In this document: piece after piece, positions 50,820 to 62,238 of the stretch | Position numbering within the stretch: the stretch's first letter is position 1 | How the letters are laid out: every line of letters starts with the position of its first letter | Source: Gnetum montanum | Taxonomy: Eukaryota > Plantae > Gnetophyta | Length of the DNA stretch: 64,000 bases | Direction: 5' to 3' | Assembly: GCA_015680685.1 (NCBI GenBank) | Contig: MNCI01001986.1 | Coordinates: 309,618 to 373,617, forward strand | Notes under the pieces: generated by a model | Told to the model about the DNA's origin: nothing | Databases searched by the model: none | Seen by the model: only the letters and a program-made list of their open reading frames with translations | Translations under genes and position numbers: made by a program

Positions 50820-52035
50820 TTGAGTTAAAAATTTTATGTGAATTTCATGCAGCAACTAAAGAGAGTTAGTAGAGACTAAACAAAATGTAGACAAAGCAAA
50901 GATACTGCAAAGCATTGAATAAATTACTTAAAATGAACTACAAAAAGGCAAAATTGATAAACATCAAAAGTAGCACAAAGAACTTTTGGAAAAATTCACT
51001 TCTCATCAACATGCCTTTTGATGCTAGATGCATGTTAAAAATAGGGATGACAACAAACAATTTATAAGAAAAGCATAGTTCTTTTTGAAAGAAAATAGTG
51101 ATCACATGTTAGGAAGAAAAAAAATGGTAACCGTCACATTTGTAGGTGTGATGATGGGCTAATAGTCTAAAGATTAGAAAGTCTAAACATCATAATTAAA
51201 TTTGCTGCAACATTAAGAAGCTTCATAGTTTGAAAATTTCTCCAATAGATGATAGGTTTCAAGAAGATATTTGCAAGATGTGGATCTTGTTGCTGGAGCC
51301 ACAAGAGTTTAAGGTCCCTCATATTTAGGGATTTAGTTGAAGGATTGAAATCCATGATGAGAATAAGAGGGGTCATACTCATGTTGTACATGCTTTCTTA
51401 GATAGCCTGAAGGAGAGTAGCTCCATGTTTAGTAGAAACTTTGCATAACATCTTTCAATTAATTAGTTGTATTCTGTCTTGAATTATATGCACATAGTTT
51501 AGTCCAAAAGAATTTGAAGATTGATGAGTTGTGTTGTTCTAATGAGACAAGAGCTAGATTAGCTAGCAGAAGTAGTGGGAGAAAAAATAGTACTGGCAGA
51601 ATTATTAGTATTGCTTTTAGATCTAAAACTCAAACAAACTCTTAGGTGTCCAATAAGAAGATCTTAGTCAAGCACAAAATCTAGAGCCTCAAATATTTTA
51701 GATTACATCTTTAGCTAGCAAACACAAAGAAAGAAAAAATTTTACGAGTTAAAAGTTTTATGCAGATTATGTGCAACAACTAAAGAGAGTTGGCAGACTA
51801 AACAAAATGTAGAAAAAACAAAGATAGTACAAAACATTGAAGAAACTACTAAAAATGAATTGCAAAAAAAATTGAAAAACATCAAAAGCAACAAGAAGGG
51901 ATTTCAAGCAATTTCACCCCTCATTAGCATGCCTTTGATGCAAGATGTATGCCAAAAATAGGGATGGTAGTAGACTATTTATAGAAAAAACATGACCCTT
52001 TTTGAAAGAAAACAATGTGCATATGTAGGGGGATG
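50820..52035. repeat. Pair of diverged ~290-bp direct repeats (50820-51110 and 51745-52035)
   Basis: Shared GAGTTAAAA.TTTTATG, CAACTAAAGAGAGTT, GACTAAACAAAATGTAGA, AACATCAAAAG and CATGCCTTT..GATGC blocks about 925 bp apart. Confidence 0.8.
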
Positions 52036-52062
52036 AAGATGATAATTTAACTTAAACCAACC

Positions 52063-52215
52063 ATGAGGTGTTAGCCTAGTGGTAAGATACTTGATTTGGA
52101 AGTTCTAGTTCATGGGGTTGATTCAAGTGGGCAATGCTAAGTTATGTAAAATTCTAATTGGACTATATATCTTAGGGTGTACCTATGTTTCACTTATTTC
52201 GAGTTCCAACACTTG
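52063..52215 (+). mobile_element. tRNA-derived SINE-like repeat, copy 3
   Basis: ATGAGGTGTTAGCCTAGTGGTAAGA (A box) then GGGGTTGATTCAAG (B-box-like). Confidence 0.6.
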
Positions 52216-52734
52216 CAATAATTTAACCTAAACCTCTTAATAGTAAGGAAAAATAACAAAGGGATAGAAAAAATCCCAAATAGGTTCAATTCCACTAGGC
52301 AAGTTATGATTTTAAAAAATTTCATAAAACTAATACTAGATGCAATAAGAAAAGATCATATAGACATTTTCTTCAATCGAAGGGCAAATACAAAAGTCAT
52401 ATTGCTTATCCTCAAAATGTCTTAAACCATATAGCCTATATGTGCATTCCTTTTTAAAAATTTACATCAATCTTCCACTTTCTATTCTAAGATTATTTGA
52501 ACTCAAATGAAGAATATGACATCTCATTGGGATTACGACTTACAAATAGTGAACTTTTAATTTTAACTTATTACCTCTTAAGCATTTCAAATAAAATTTT
52601 TTATTATCTTCTACATTTAAGCTTTCAACCATTGTATCCCTTGAAAATATCATCCCTTCTCTTTTGTCTTCAAGAATTGCTTTAGATTTTTTTTTTTTTT
52701 GGTTTGGGGGTAGGGGGAGGGGAGAATTATAATA

Positions 52735-52837
52735 TAGTTCAATTAGAAATCTTATAACTTAGCATTGCCCATTAGAATTGTACCCACAGCTTGAGCCTTT
52801 AGAATCAAGAGTCTTACTACTAGGCTAACATCTCATT
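52735..52837 (-). mobile_element. tRNA-derived SINE-like repeat, copy 4
   Basis: Reverse complement AATGAGATGTTAGCCTAGTAGTAAGACTCTTGATTCTAAAGGCTCAAGCTGTGGGTACAATTCT, with a CTTGA..TCAAG anticodon-arm-like stem. Confidence 0.6.
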
Positions 52838-54145
52838 GTATATGCATAGGTTATATTTCTAAAGGAAGTAAATTACACTCTAGCAAAAGGATATAATAGG
52901 GTGTTTGAACTTTCACTTTTAATTTATCAAGCAAAATTATTTTCGGTAAAAATCATCACATAAAATTTAGAATATTTTTGAAAAAATAAGTATAAAAAAG
53001 CCTAAGTTCAAATATTTCTTTGAAAGTTAAAAAAAATGTCCATTAAATTAAATCATGTAATCATAATGAGAACACTCAAAAGGTAAACTCAAATGACAAA
53101 TACCCTTTGTAATATGAGGTGCATGATAGATGAATCGTAGTAAAATTTTTATCCTCTGCGTAAGTAAGAATACTCTAACGAACTTTTTTAAACTTGAATA
53201 TGCCAGTGATTTTTCCCTAAATAAATATCTAACAACCACTTAAGAATGTTAAGTGTATTTAACGGAGCCGGGCCGGGGCCGAGCGGAGCGTTGTCACTAT
53301 CGTGGCCTTTTACACCTCTATCAAGTTGCCCTTTGAACTGGTATTGTAACAATTATGACTTTTACAGAGGCATTTCATCTTTGGATAAAAATGACCTACT
53401 TGCAGAAGCTGCACTGTATTAATGTAAACACCAACGATGAGTCCAAGGTCGGTAATATTTCTGGGGTTTAATTGAACTGTGAAAGTTCAAATCAAATTTA
53501 AAATAGCCTTTTAAATGCGTTCCGGAGCATTCCTCGAAGCCGTCCAATTTTTATTACTCATCTCTTATTCCGATCAAATAACGAATTCAAATCCTAAAAG
53601 CTGAAAGATATGGTTATGTTTTTTATCACACAAGCAGCTTCTGATAGGGACTGTTAGTTGAAAGTTGGAAGTTGTAAATAAATGCAAACCGACTGGGAGA
53701 AGAAAAATGTCAATAGAAAACCATTGCCAAACGACTTCTTTTTCTGAGTTGACAGCCTTGGGAGAGTTCAGTAGTAGTGCAGGTATTTCAGTCAAAACGG
53801 CGAACAAAGGCTGCTATTGCATGGTGGTGCATCTCCCATGGACATTCCTGTGAATATACAATTTTTTAAAATACGTGGGTGCTGCGACCACCATGCATGT
53901 ATTTGCCAAGTGGAAAATCTTGACATCCAGCTACGAATGGCGTATTGATTTTTTTTTTTAACCTTTAAGATTGGTTGTAAGGATGAAAACTAGCATAAAA
54001 TGGTTGAGCCTTTCTTCTCTCTTAGTTATTTTTTAAAATACTTTGAAAATATGATGCAATGCAACTTTGAAAATATGATGCAATGTAACTTTGTATTTGG
54101 TTCTTTTGGTTATCAACCCGGGTGTATCTATAATGTGAATGTGTA

Positions 54146-54228
54146 ATCATCTTAGCCTTGTCCCAACAAGATGGGGTCATCTACATAAGTTCTTTTTTGC
54201 TATTCATCTCTATGAAGAGCTAGATCTT
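54146..54228 (-). mobile_element. 3' terminal fragment of an RTE-type LINE or related SINE
   Basis: Reverse complement ..TATGTAGATGACCCCATCTTGTTGGGACAAGGCTAAGATGAT resembles the plant RTE end ATGTAGCCGACCCCA..TGGGA.AAGGCT followed by a short repeat tail. Confidence 0.55.
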
Positions 54229-55624
54229 TATTTATTAAATGTGTAGCTGCTATTTTTCAATAATATTTTTAAATTTTTAAGGGTATACTATAACAAACCC
54301 TGAACATAATATCATAGGATATCTTAAAAATTAAAGATCTATTGATGAAGAAAACTGAATATCTTACACACCTTGGTGTTGCATAGGTATAATATCTATG
54401 AAAGAAACTCAATAGTTTTGATATAAGTGAATTTATTATCATTGAAAACTTAGGTAATATATCAATTTTTAATAATTTATTTGAATGACATAATTTAAAT
54501 GGTTAGGTCTTTGTGTAACAAGGATTATATTTCCTGATGTACATGTAGTCAAATTGTTACAAGTTCAAACATCTCTCAACACCACCTCCAACCCCAACCC
54601 AACTTACACCTCTCATCATTATATTTCTATTTTAGTAGAATTTTGCTTAACCATAGTGTTAACAAATACTTCCAACTAATGTAATTTTTGTATTTCCAGA
54701 TTATTAAGCAAACCATGGGAGAAAGAACGTACTAGTGATGTTTTTCGGCCAAATTTGTAAAATGGTTCCTAAGATGAACAACCTTCATTTGAAACATTTT
54801 TGTCCTTCAAGGAAACTATGATATTTGCAACCTCTTAAATAGACCCCAAGGAAAACGAAGTGGGAGTTGATGCATATGGGTGTACATTGCAAAAGGTTTG
54901 ATGCTAAGCAACATCCAAAACATGTGATACAAATAAGGGCGTAGTTTCAACTACCTGGGGATACTCTTCCTTTTTATATTTTAATCTCCAACAATTTGTA
55001 TGCATCCAAGCAGATTTTAGTAAAGCATAGTGTCATATAAGTTTCTTAGGGAGCGTCATTTCAAATCCATGAATCGCATTTTCACAAAATACCAGAGTTT
55101 GCACATTTCCAAAGTTCGGGGAAGAGCTTGGAAGATAAAAACTGATAGTCATGCATCATGTGGGATCCACCTTGCAAAAAGCTTCGTAGGGTGAACAACC
55201 TTAAGAACATGTGACACAAGCATATATAAGTTGGAGAGTGTGGGCTGTGGTCTAGGTTGCTTATCCAATGAAACTTTTGATATAAGTTGGTTGCTCCTTT
55301 GATAGCGTGGGAGGCACATGTGAAGGTTGACCTTTAAGTGGGATGAGGGCCCATTCCAAGCCATTAAATAAAAGCCCAATAACCTTAGGGGAAATGCTAG
55401 GGTGGTGGGGTGCCTCCCAAGTGTAAATAAATAATTATAAATTCATAAGGTACCACGGAGATTCAAACCAAGCAACAAAACAAAACGTAACCTAGTTGAA
55501 GAGATTATAGAGATTCAACTTCTTCAACAAGGGATGGGGATTAGGCAACCAAAGAGCCAGAAGAGAAGCTTAGATTGTGAGTTGAGTTTGAGCTGGGAAG
55601 TAAAATGAGTTAGACCAACGCCAA

Positions 55625-55895
55625 CCACCAATAAATGAGAGGCTGGGCTTTCATGCTTCACGTTACTTGCCTATACATTTGCTATGCCATGCAGGGTGGC
55701 GTGGTCAAACCTTACATTGACCGTTGCCCGCGGGCAGGGCCGGCAGCGGGCAGCGCAGAGCAGGGGTGGCAGGGCAGAGACCCGGAGCGCTTCAAGGTGG
55801 CAGCCATGCACACGGCGGGGTCTGCCGCCGGGCCCTCCTCCTGGGCTGCCCCTGCCCGCTGCCCGCCGGTGCATGTGCCCGTCCCACGTGGCACC
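55625..55895 (+). promoter_or_regulatory. GC-rich upstream island of the WRI1-like gene with CCAAT, three RY motifs and a G-box/ABRE
   Basis: CCAAT 55628-55632; CATGCA 55688-55693 and 55805-55810; TGCATG 55870-55875; CCACGTGGC 55884-55892; CpG-rich; followed by a CT-rich leader. Confidence 0.6.
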
Positions 55896-56462
55896 AACCT
55901 ACACACCCACCACCGTCGTTGTCTTTTACCATATTTCTCATTTTCCTGACCTAATATCTCTCTCATGCTCAGTTGTTGTTGTGTTGTTGTTTGTATTAGA
56001 GCAGCCCTCGCTTTTCTAGTTTCTTCTTCTTCTTGTATTTCTGCTGCTACAGTGTGTTTGTATTTGGTCTTGGTAAGTTTTTGTTTTGTTGCGGAAGATA
56101 TTTTTATTTTTCCTGGTCCGGCTATATGAGGCTCTGCAAGGCCACCAACGCAACTGCTGCTCTGGTTCTCTCCTGTTTTCTGCTGCCATTGCAGTTTTGG
56201 TTGGGTGGGCTCTTCTTCTTCTTCTTCTTCCTGTTTTTGAACCTTTTCTCACTTCTGCTGCAGGTGCAGAGATACATGCGTATGCTATTTTAGGAGTAGC
56301 TTCTGCTGCTCCAACTACAACTTCAGATTTTTTGTTCTTCTTCTTTCTCTTATCCTGCTTGCTGGGCTGACCCACTGTCACGCTGTGTGTGGGTGTGTGT
56401 TGTGGGGGAAGTATTTGAATGAATTAGGGATTGGTCTTGAATTTTGCCCTGAATAAGCATTA

Positions 56463-59400
56463 ATGAAGAGAGACAATAGCAGCAACGCCGGGCGTTGTTA
56501 TGGAAATGATAATCAGCAGCATCTGCATCAGCATCATCATCATCATCATGATTCTGATTCTTTGCCCTGCAAACCCAGAACCAAGCGAGCCCGCAGAAGC
56601 CAAAACGGCAGCAGCAGTAGCAATGGTGTTATGAAGGATCATGTTTCTGGTGCTGCCGCAAGTAACAACAATAATGCCCATTCTGCTGCTACTGCTGCTA
56701 CTGGTAATAATAATGCCCAGAATCGCCGGAGCTCTGTTTACCGCGGTGTCACCAGGTACGAGATTTTTGTTGCCATTTTTCGAGCAATGCAATGCAGTAT
56801 TGCAGCATGGTTGGGTTTTTTGCTGTGCAGGTTGTTATGGTTTTTCTGGGTTTTTGGTTTTTGGGTTTTTTTTTTGTTGTGTTTTTGTGGGTTCCAGGCA
56901 TCGCTGGACTGGAAGGTACGAGGCTCATCTATGGGACAAGAACTGCTGGAACCAAGGCCAGAACAAAAAGGGCAGGCAAGGTATTGCTTCTTTGAATTTT
57001 TTCTTTTCTTTTCTGTTCTTTGGTTTTTTTTCCTCTGGGCTCAATCATTGAATTGTTTTCCCGAGTTCTTCTTTATGGGTTCAATTTGTCATCGGGTTAT
57101 TTTTCTGGGTTCAATTTGTTATCTGGCTATTTTTCTGGGTTCAATTGTTTGATTCTGATTATGAATTTGTTTCTCTGCTGCATTGTGGCTCCGCGGATCG
57201 GCAGTCTATCTAGGTAAGCTTGTTAAATCGGATACCCGATAAATGCTGTGTTTTTTACCTCAAGAGATTGTAAGGGAAAGAATTGGTTATCTGATTTTTG
57301 GTTTCTGCATTGTTGTTGTTTCTGGTTTGTTACTGCAGGCGCTTATGATGATGAGGAAGCAGCAGCACATACGTACGATCTAGCGGCTCTCAAGTACTGG
57401 GGAACAGAAACTGTGCTAAATTTTCCCGTAAGATTCCATTCCTAAGTGAAAAAAAATTCCTTAAAGCCGTATCGTTTGAATCAGAACTCCGAAATATAAG
57501 AAGCTCATGTTTGTTTCAAAACTGGCAGCTGAGCACGTATACAAAGGAGCTCGAGGAGATGATGAACGTCAGCCGGGAAGAATACCTCGCCTCTCTCAGA
57601 CGGTAAATTACGTGTTTCTCTGTTCTCTTCCACCCACAACCTGCAATGATCAGATTTTTGAGTGAAAAAGTTAAAAAGAACCGAAATCTGAAACAAAGTA
57701 GAGATACAACAATTGGGTGGCAAATGGCCTCCATCTGGTCGGAAGCAGCAGACTAGAATTTCTGAATTTGCTGCAGCACAGCAGTGGGCCAGAAAGTGGA
57801 CTAAAAATAGGAAATTAAAGGACCAAATGTTTCCACGGTCGAGGACGCCAGAAACAAAATATATTATCTGTATTTCTTCTGCGGAATTTGGAGACAGGTC
57901 TGAAGAATCACGAGGACCGAGGGCACTCATGCTTTTGCTTTGCGAGACTTTTAATGCTCGCCACCACCACGTGGTGGACGATTTCTGCGCGTTTTGTTAA
58001 TTCCCGTTTCTCAATTCTTCGTGAATGAAACCAAGTTTCACAATTTTTCTAATCCTTTTTCAAATTTTTTTATTTGATTCTGCTGCAGTTGCCTCATGCA
58101 GTGGTTTTTTTTACTGTCACTGTCATTGCAGGCGCAGCAGCGGCTTCTCCCGAGGCGTCTCCAAGTATCGCGGCGTCGCACGGTACAAACCTAATAAATC
58201 TAATGCCAAACCCCTGACGAATTAAATCTATCATTGTGAATCCCGTGGATTCCAAAATTGTCGATGGACTGGACAGATTTTTTTTCTAAAATTGTTATAG
58301 GCATCTTTGGATTTCGTTTTAGTTTTTTCAGGGTTTTCTTTGGTATTTACAGGCACCACCACAACGGACGCTGGGAGGCAAGAATCGGCAGAGTTCTGGG
58401 CAACAAATACCTCTATCTGGGCACGTACAGTTGAGTTCTTTAATATCTTCACCAAACCTTAAATTTTTTTTACCCTTTCCAAACTCCTGTGAATTACAGA
58501 TGATTGGTTTACTGTCATATCCAGACCCAGAATCATTGCATGAAACCCAATGCAAAATATTAATTAAAAAAACCGACCACAATCTTAAAACATGATCAGA
58601 GTCGTTGGAATTTCACAGGAAACATTCAGGCGTATTACTTTTTAGATATTTTGAACGTAGTTTTGAAATTTGTAAGACCAACTGCGACTTGCAGACAATT
58701 AGAAATCCCATACAAGGAAGCAAAGCAGAATCTGATGACTCCGTGGCTGTGTTTTTCTTTGTGGATTGTTGTCTGAAACAGGCACGCAGGAGGAAGCAGC
58801 CACGGCGTATGACATGGCGGCCATAGAATACAGAGGCCTGAACGCAGTCACCAACTTCGACCTCAGCCGATACATTGGCCTGCTCTCCAAATCCACCACC
58901 ACCGCTGCTGCTGCTGCAAACAACAACAACAAAACCGCCATTATTACAGACCCTTCTTCACAAAATAAATTCCCAGACGAAACAGCATCATCACCACCAG
59001 CAGAAACAGCAGCAGCAACAGGAGCAACAGCGTCATCCTCCTCAGCAGACACCAAACCAAATGTCTCAGAAAACGTGGATCTCATCAAAAAAACCAGTAA
59101 CAACAACAGCAGTAGTAACAGCAGTAACAACACCATGACCACAACCACCAACAACAATGGCGGTATGATGGTGGTAGGTACAGAAATGGAAATCTCTGGT
59201 GCCTGCTCTTCATTTACAGATGACGATTTTGGTCTCTTTTTCTCGGAGTCTGGGTCGGAGCACATGCTGTGTTCGGAGCCTGAGCTGTATCTGAGCTCCG
59301 TTGAAGGAGATGGAGCAGCAGGGGGTGGTGCTATGGATGTGGAGATTTTTCATGAGACGCTGGATTCATTGTGCGGATCAGATCTGTTGGAGGAGCTGGT

Positions 59401-59467
59401 GGATCCATTTCTAGATGCAATCCAGATGCCCTCCTTCCCCAATATCGCCATCAGGACTTGTTCTTAA
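56463..59467 (+). CDS. WRI1: WRINKLED1-like AP2 transcription factor with two AP2 domains, 453 aa. Exons: 56463-56755, 56898-56980, 57205-57213, 57339-57427, 57529-57602, 58132-58182, 58353-58429, 58782-59467
   Basis: All introns GT-AG; total CDS 1362 nt, in frame. [121 protein letters not shown]; acidic C-terminus. AAHTYDLAA favours WRI1 over WRI3/4, but exact orthology needs a tree. Confidence 0.93.
57205..57213 (+). other. 9-nt micro-exon TCTATCTAG encoding VYL of AP2 repeat 1
   Basis: cggcAG|TCTATCTAG|GTaagc; joins G|TC TAT CTA G|GC = V Y L G. Confidence 0.95.
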
Positions 59468-60138
59468 GTTATGTCAATGTTTTTACTGTCTCTTCATCAT
59501 CATCATCTTCTCCTGCAGTTTTCCCGCTTTCATCTTCTCCTGCAGCTGCTGTTTTCCTGCTTTTCTGGTTTTGCTCATCAGGGAAATCAGTTTCCTGCCA
59601 ACCCCAAAGTTTGAAGAAGAAAAAAAAAAGAAAAAAAGAAAAAAAAAACGAAACCGAAATATACTAAGGACGGACGTTTCTTGTTGATTGCGCGAGTGGT
59701 AACTAGGAAATATTTTGTTTGAGTTTTTGTTGCTTCTGCAATCGTATAATGGAAATGTAAAAAGATGTTGGTTTATTGGTTCTATTTCCGATGAGTTGTG
59801 TCAAATTTTTCTCCGGAATTGTTGGGCTTTGGTTTTCCAAGGGTATCGAAACACCGCCAAAAAATCTCATGTTGCAACTTCTAAACTTCACCATTAAAAT
59901 TGAGGCTGGAATTTTATTTCACCATTAAAATTGAGGCTGGAATTTTATTTTATTATAAAATGTGAAGATTGTAATTTATGAGATGCAATTTTCCATACTT
60001 ATATGGGGTTTAAAAAATGTCTCATAATCTATCATAACCTCACTTCCCAATGGAAAAAGTCATACCATGTCTATATTTGGGTTTGAGTCTATTTTTGAGT
60101 CTATATTTGGGTTTGAGGAGGTTAAAAATGTCTTTTGA

Positions 60139-60500
60139 ACTTTGCCAAAATTGGCATTTTCATAGCTTTTTGTGGGTATAGCCTCACTACGTTGAAACGG
60201 AGCTATGAACTATCTACACTCAACGTTGAAACGGAGCTATGAACTATCTACACTCAACGTCAACTTGCCAAAATTGGCATTTTCATAGCTTTTTGTGGGT
60301 ATATCCTCACTACGTTACATGGTCAACTTGCCAAAATTGGCATTTTCATAGCTTTTTGTGGGTATATCCTCACTACGTTGGAACCACCTAGTTGGAACTA
60401 TTTACACTCAACGTCAACTTGCCAAAATTGACATTTTCATAGCTTTTTGTGGGTATATCCTCACTACGTTGGAACCACCTAGTTGGAACTATCTACACTC
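60139..60500. repeat. Irregular tandem repeat: ~56-bp conserved block x4, base period ~91 bp
   Basis: GCCAAAATTG(G/A)CATTTTCATAGCTTTTTGTGGGTATA.CCTCACTACGTT at 60144, 60267, 60330 and 60421. Confidence 0.92.
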
Positions 60501-60593
60501 AAAAAAAGCCACACATCATTTTCCTTACCCTGGTGTTGGGCTTTCCATTTCCTATAATTTTTAATTTTTAACATAACATAGTTGTTACAATTC

Positions 60594-61095
60594 CTAGCAA
60601 ATTCCAACAATGCTAGTGTAGCTTTCCAAGGCTAGTGTAGTTGAGGTGAAGTCAATATAGTCACAAAAATTCATTTACTAGCAAATTCCAACAATGCTAG
60701 TGTAGCTCTCCAAGGCTAGTGTAGTTGAGGTGAAGTAAACAGTCACAAAAATTCATTTACTAGCAAATTCCAACAATGCTAGTGTAGCTCTCCAAGGCTA
60801 GTGTAGTTGAGGTGAGGTCAACATAGTCACAAAAATTCATTTACTAGCAAATTCCAACAATGCTAGTGTAGCTCTCCAAGGCTAGTGTAGTTGAGAGTGT
60901 AGCTCTCCAAGGCTAGTGTAGTTGAGGTGAAATCAACATAGTCACAAAAATTCATTTACTATTGTTAGTATATGAATGGGTTTTGATAACTTTGGTGTAT
61001 CAAAACTTGCCATAAATGATCAATTACATTGGAATAATAGCTAGTGTAGCTCTCAAGGCTAGTGTAGTTGAGGTGAAGTCAACATAGTCACAAAG
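60594..61095. repeat. ~84-bp tandem repeat (4 full units plus partials)
   Basis: CTAGCAAATTCCAACAATGCTAGTGTAGCT at 60594, 60678, 60760 and 60844. Confidence 0.93.
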
Positions 61096-61162
61096 ATCCA
61101 TGTCCTATTTTTAGTATATGAATGAGTTTTGATAACTTTGATGTATCAAAACTTGTCATAAA

Positions 61163-61322
61163 TGGTCAACTACATTGGAATAATAGCTTGTTACACCTAC
61201 AATCAATGTCAATTTGTCAACTACATTGGAATAATAGCCTATTACACTTGCAATCAATGTCAATTTGTCAACTACATTGGAATAATAGCCTATTACACTT
61301 GCAATCAATGTCAATTTGTCAA
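61163..61322. repeat. 51-bp tandem repeat x3
   Basis: TCAACTACATTGGAATAATAGC at 61166, 61217 and 61268. Confidence 0.93.
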
Positions 61323-62238
61323 CAACAATCATGATAGAAATTTGCAACCCTAAGGAATCTTATAAAAACCAAACTTGAACACAATATTAAGCTTATGAAA
61401 AACATTTTTAGGTAGCCTCAAAATATTTTTGCAACCACACCACTGTAGCAACCACAAGCATTTTACACCCATTTTGGTTTTTGTAAGACTTTTGTGGTTT
61501 TTGTAAGACTTTTGAAGCATATTGGCATCTACTTGAGCACCAAAGACTCTCAATGTAGTCCCATTGATACCAAAGTTAAACACCATTGTTCACACTATTT
61601 ATACCCAAAAGTTGTAGATTCAAGCAAAAATCAGCAAAGAGGCTTTTGACGATTGGGATTGGGGAGTACTTAGATTGTGGAGTTCCAACTGCAGAATACA
61701 ACCTACGAGCTCCAATAGGCTTCAAGCTCCATCGAAACAAGCTTCTTGTGCATTTAAGCACACAATCTGTACTCTTTGAACTTTATACTTTCAACATTTT
61801 TGCTATTTCAATAAATTTTAAAGTTCATTTGTGATGAGACATGAAATTGCTCATATTGCTGACGGTCGCCTTAAGGCACCCACGTTATATCATGGGTCGC
61901 GATATCGCATATGCGTTATATCATGGGCCGCGATATCGCGTACGCGATATCACAGTCAGCCACAATTTCTATAAATAAGAGGCCACTCTCCCTCATTTGA
62001 CATCCCAGTTTTAGAGTAGCGAAGCTCTGGCATTTTAATCCCTCTAGAGTTAGAATTTTTCCCGTGTTTGCCCGCAGTGTGGTGAATGTGATTGTACGAT
62101 GTCTTTATTCGAGTGTGCCGTACTTGGACATGCACATGACCGACAATAAAGATCGAGATTACTTCATCATTGCAGCATTCACTTAGTTTATTTATTTGTT
62201 ATTTATTTAATGTTATTTATTGCTTTCCTAGCGCGGTG

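Noticed and set aside
55635-56381. Multiple overlapping ORFs upstream of WRI1
   Set aside because: GC-rich promoter and low-complexity leader sequence lack stops in many frames; no recognisable protein.
60139-60500. CRISPR-like look: constant block with variable spacers
   Set aside because: The spacers share sequence (GAACTAT.TACACTCAACGT) and arise by internal duplication or deletion; the context is eukaryotic and has no cas genes.
61122-61353. ORFs with 17-aa repeats
   Set aside because: Translations of the 51-bp tandem repeat, open in several frames on both strands.
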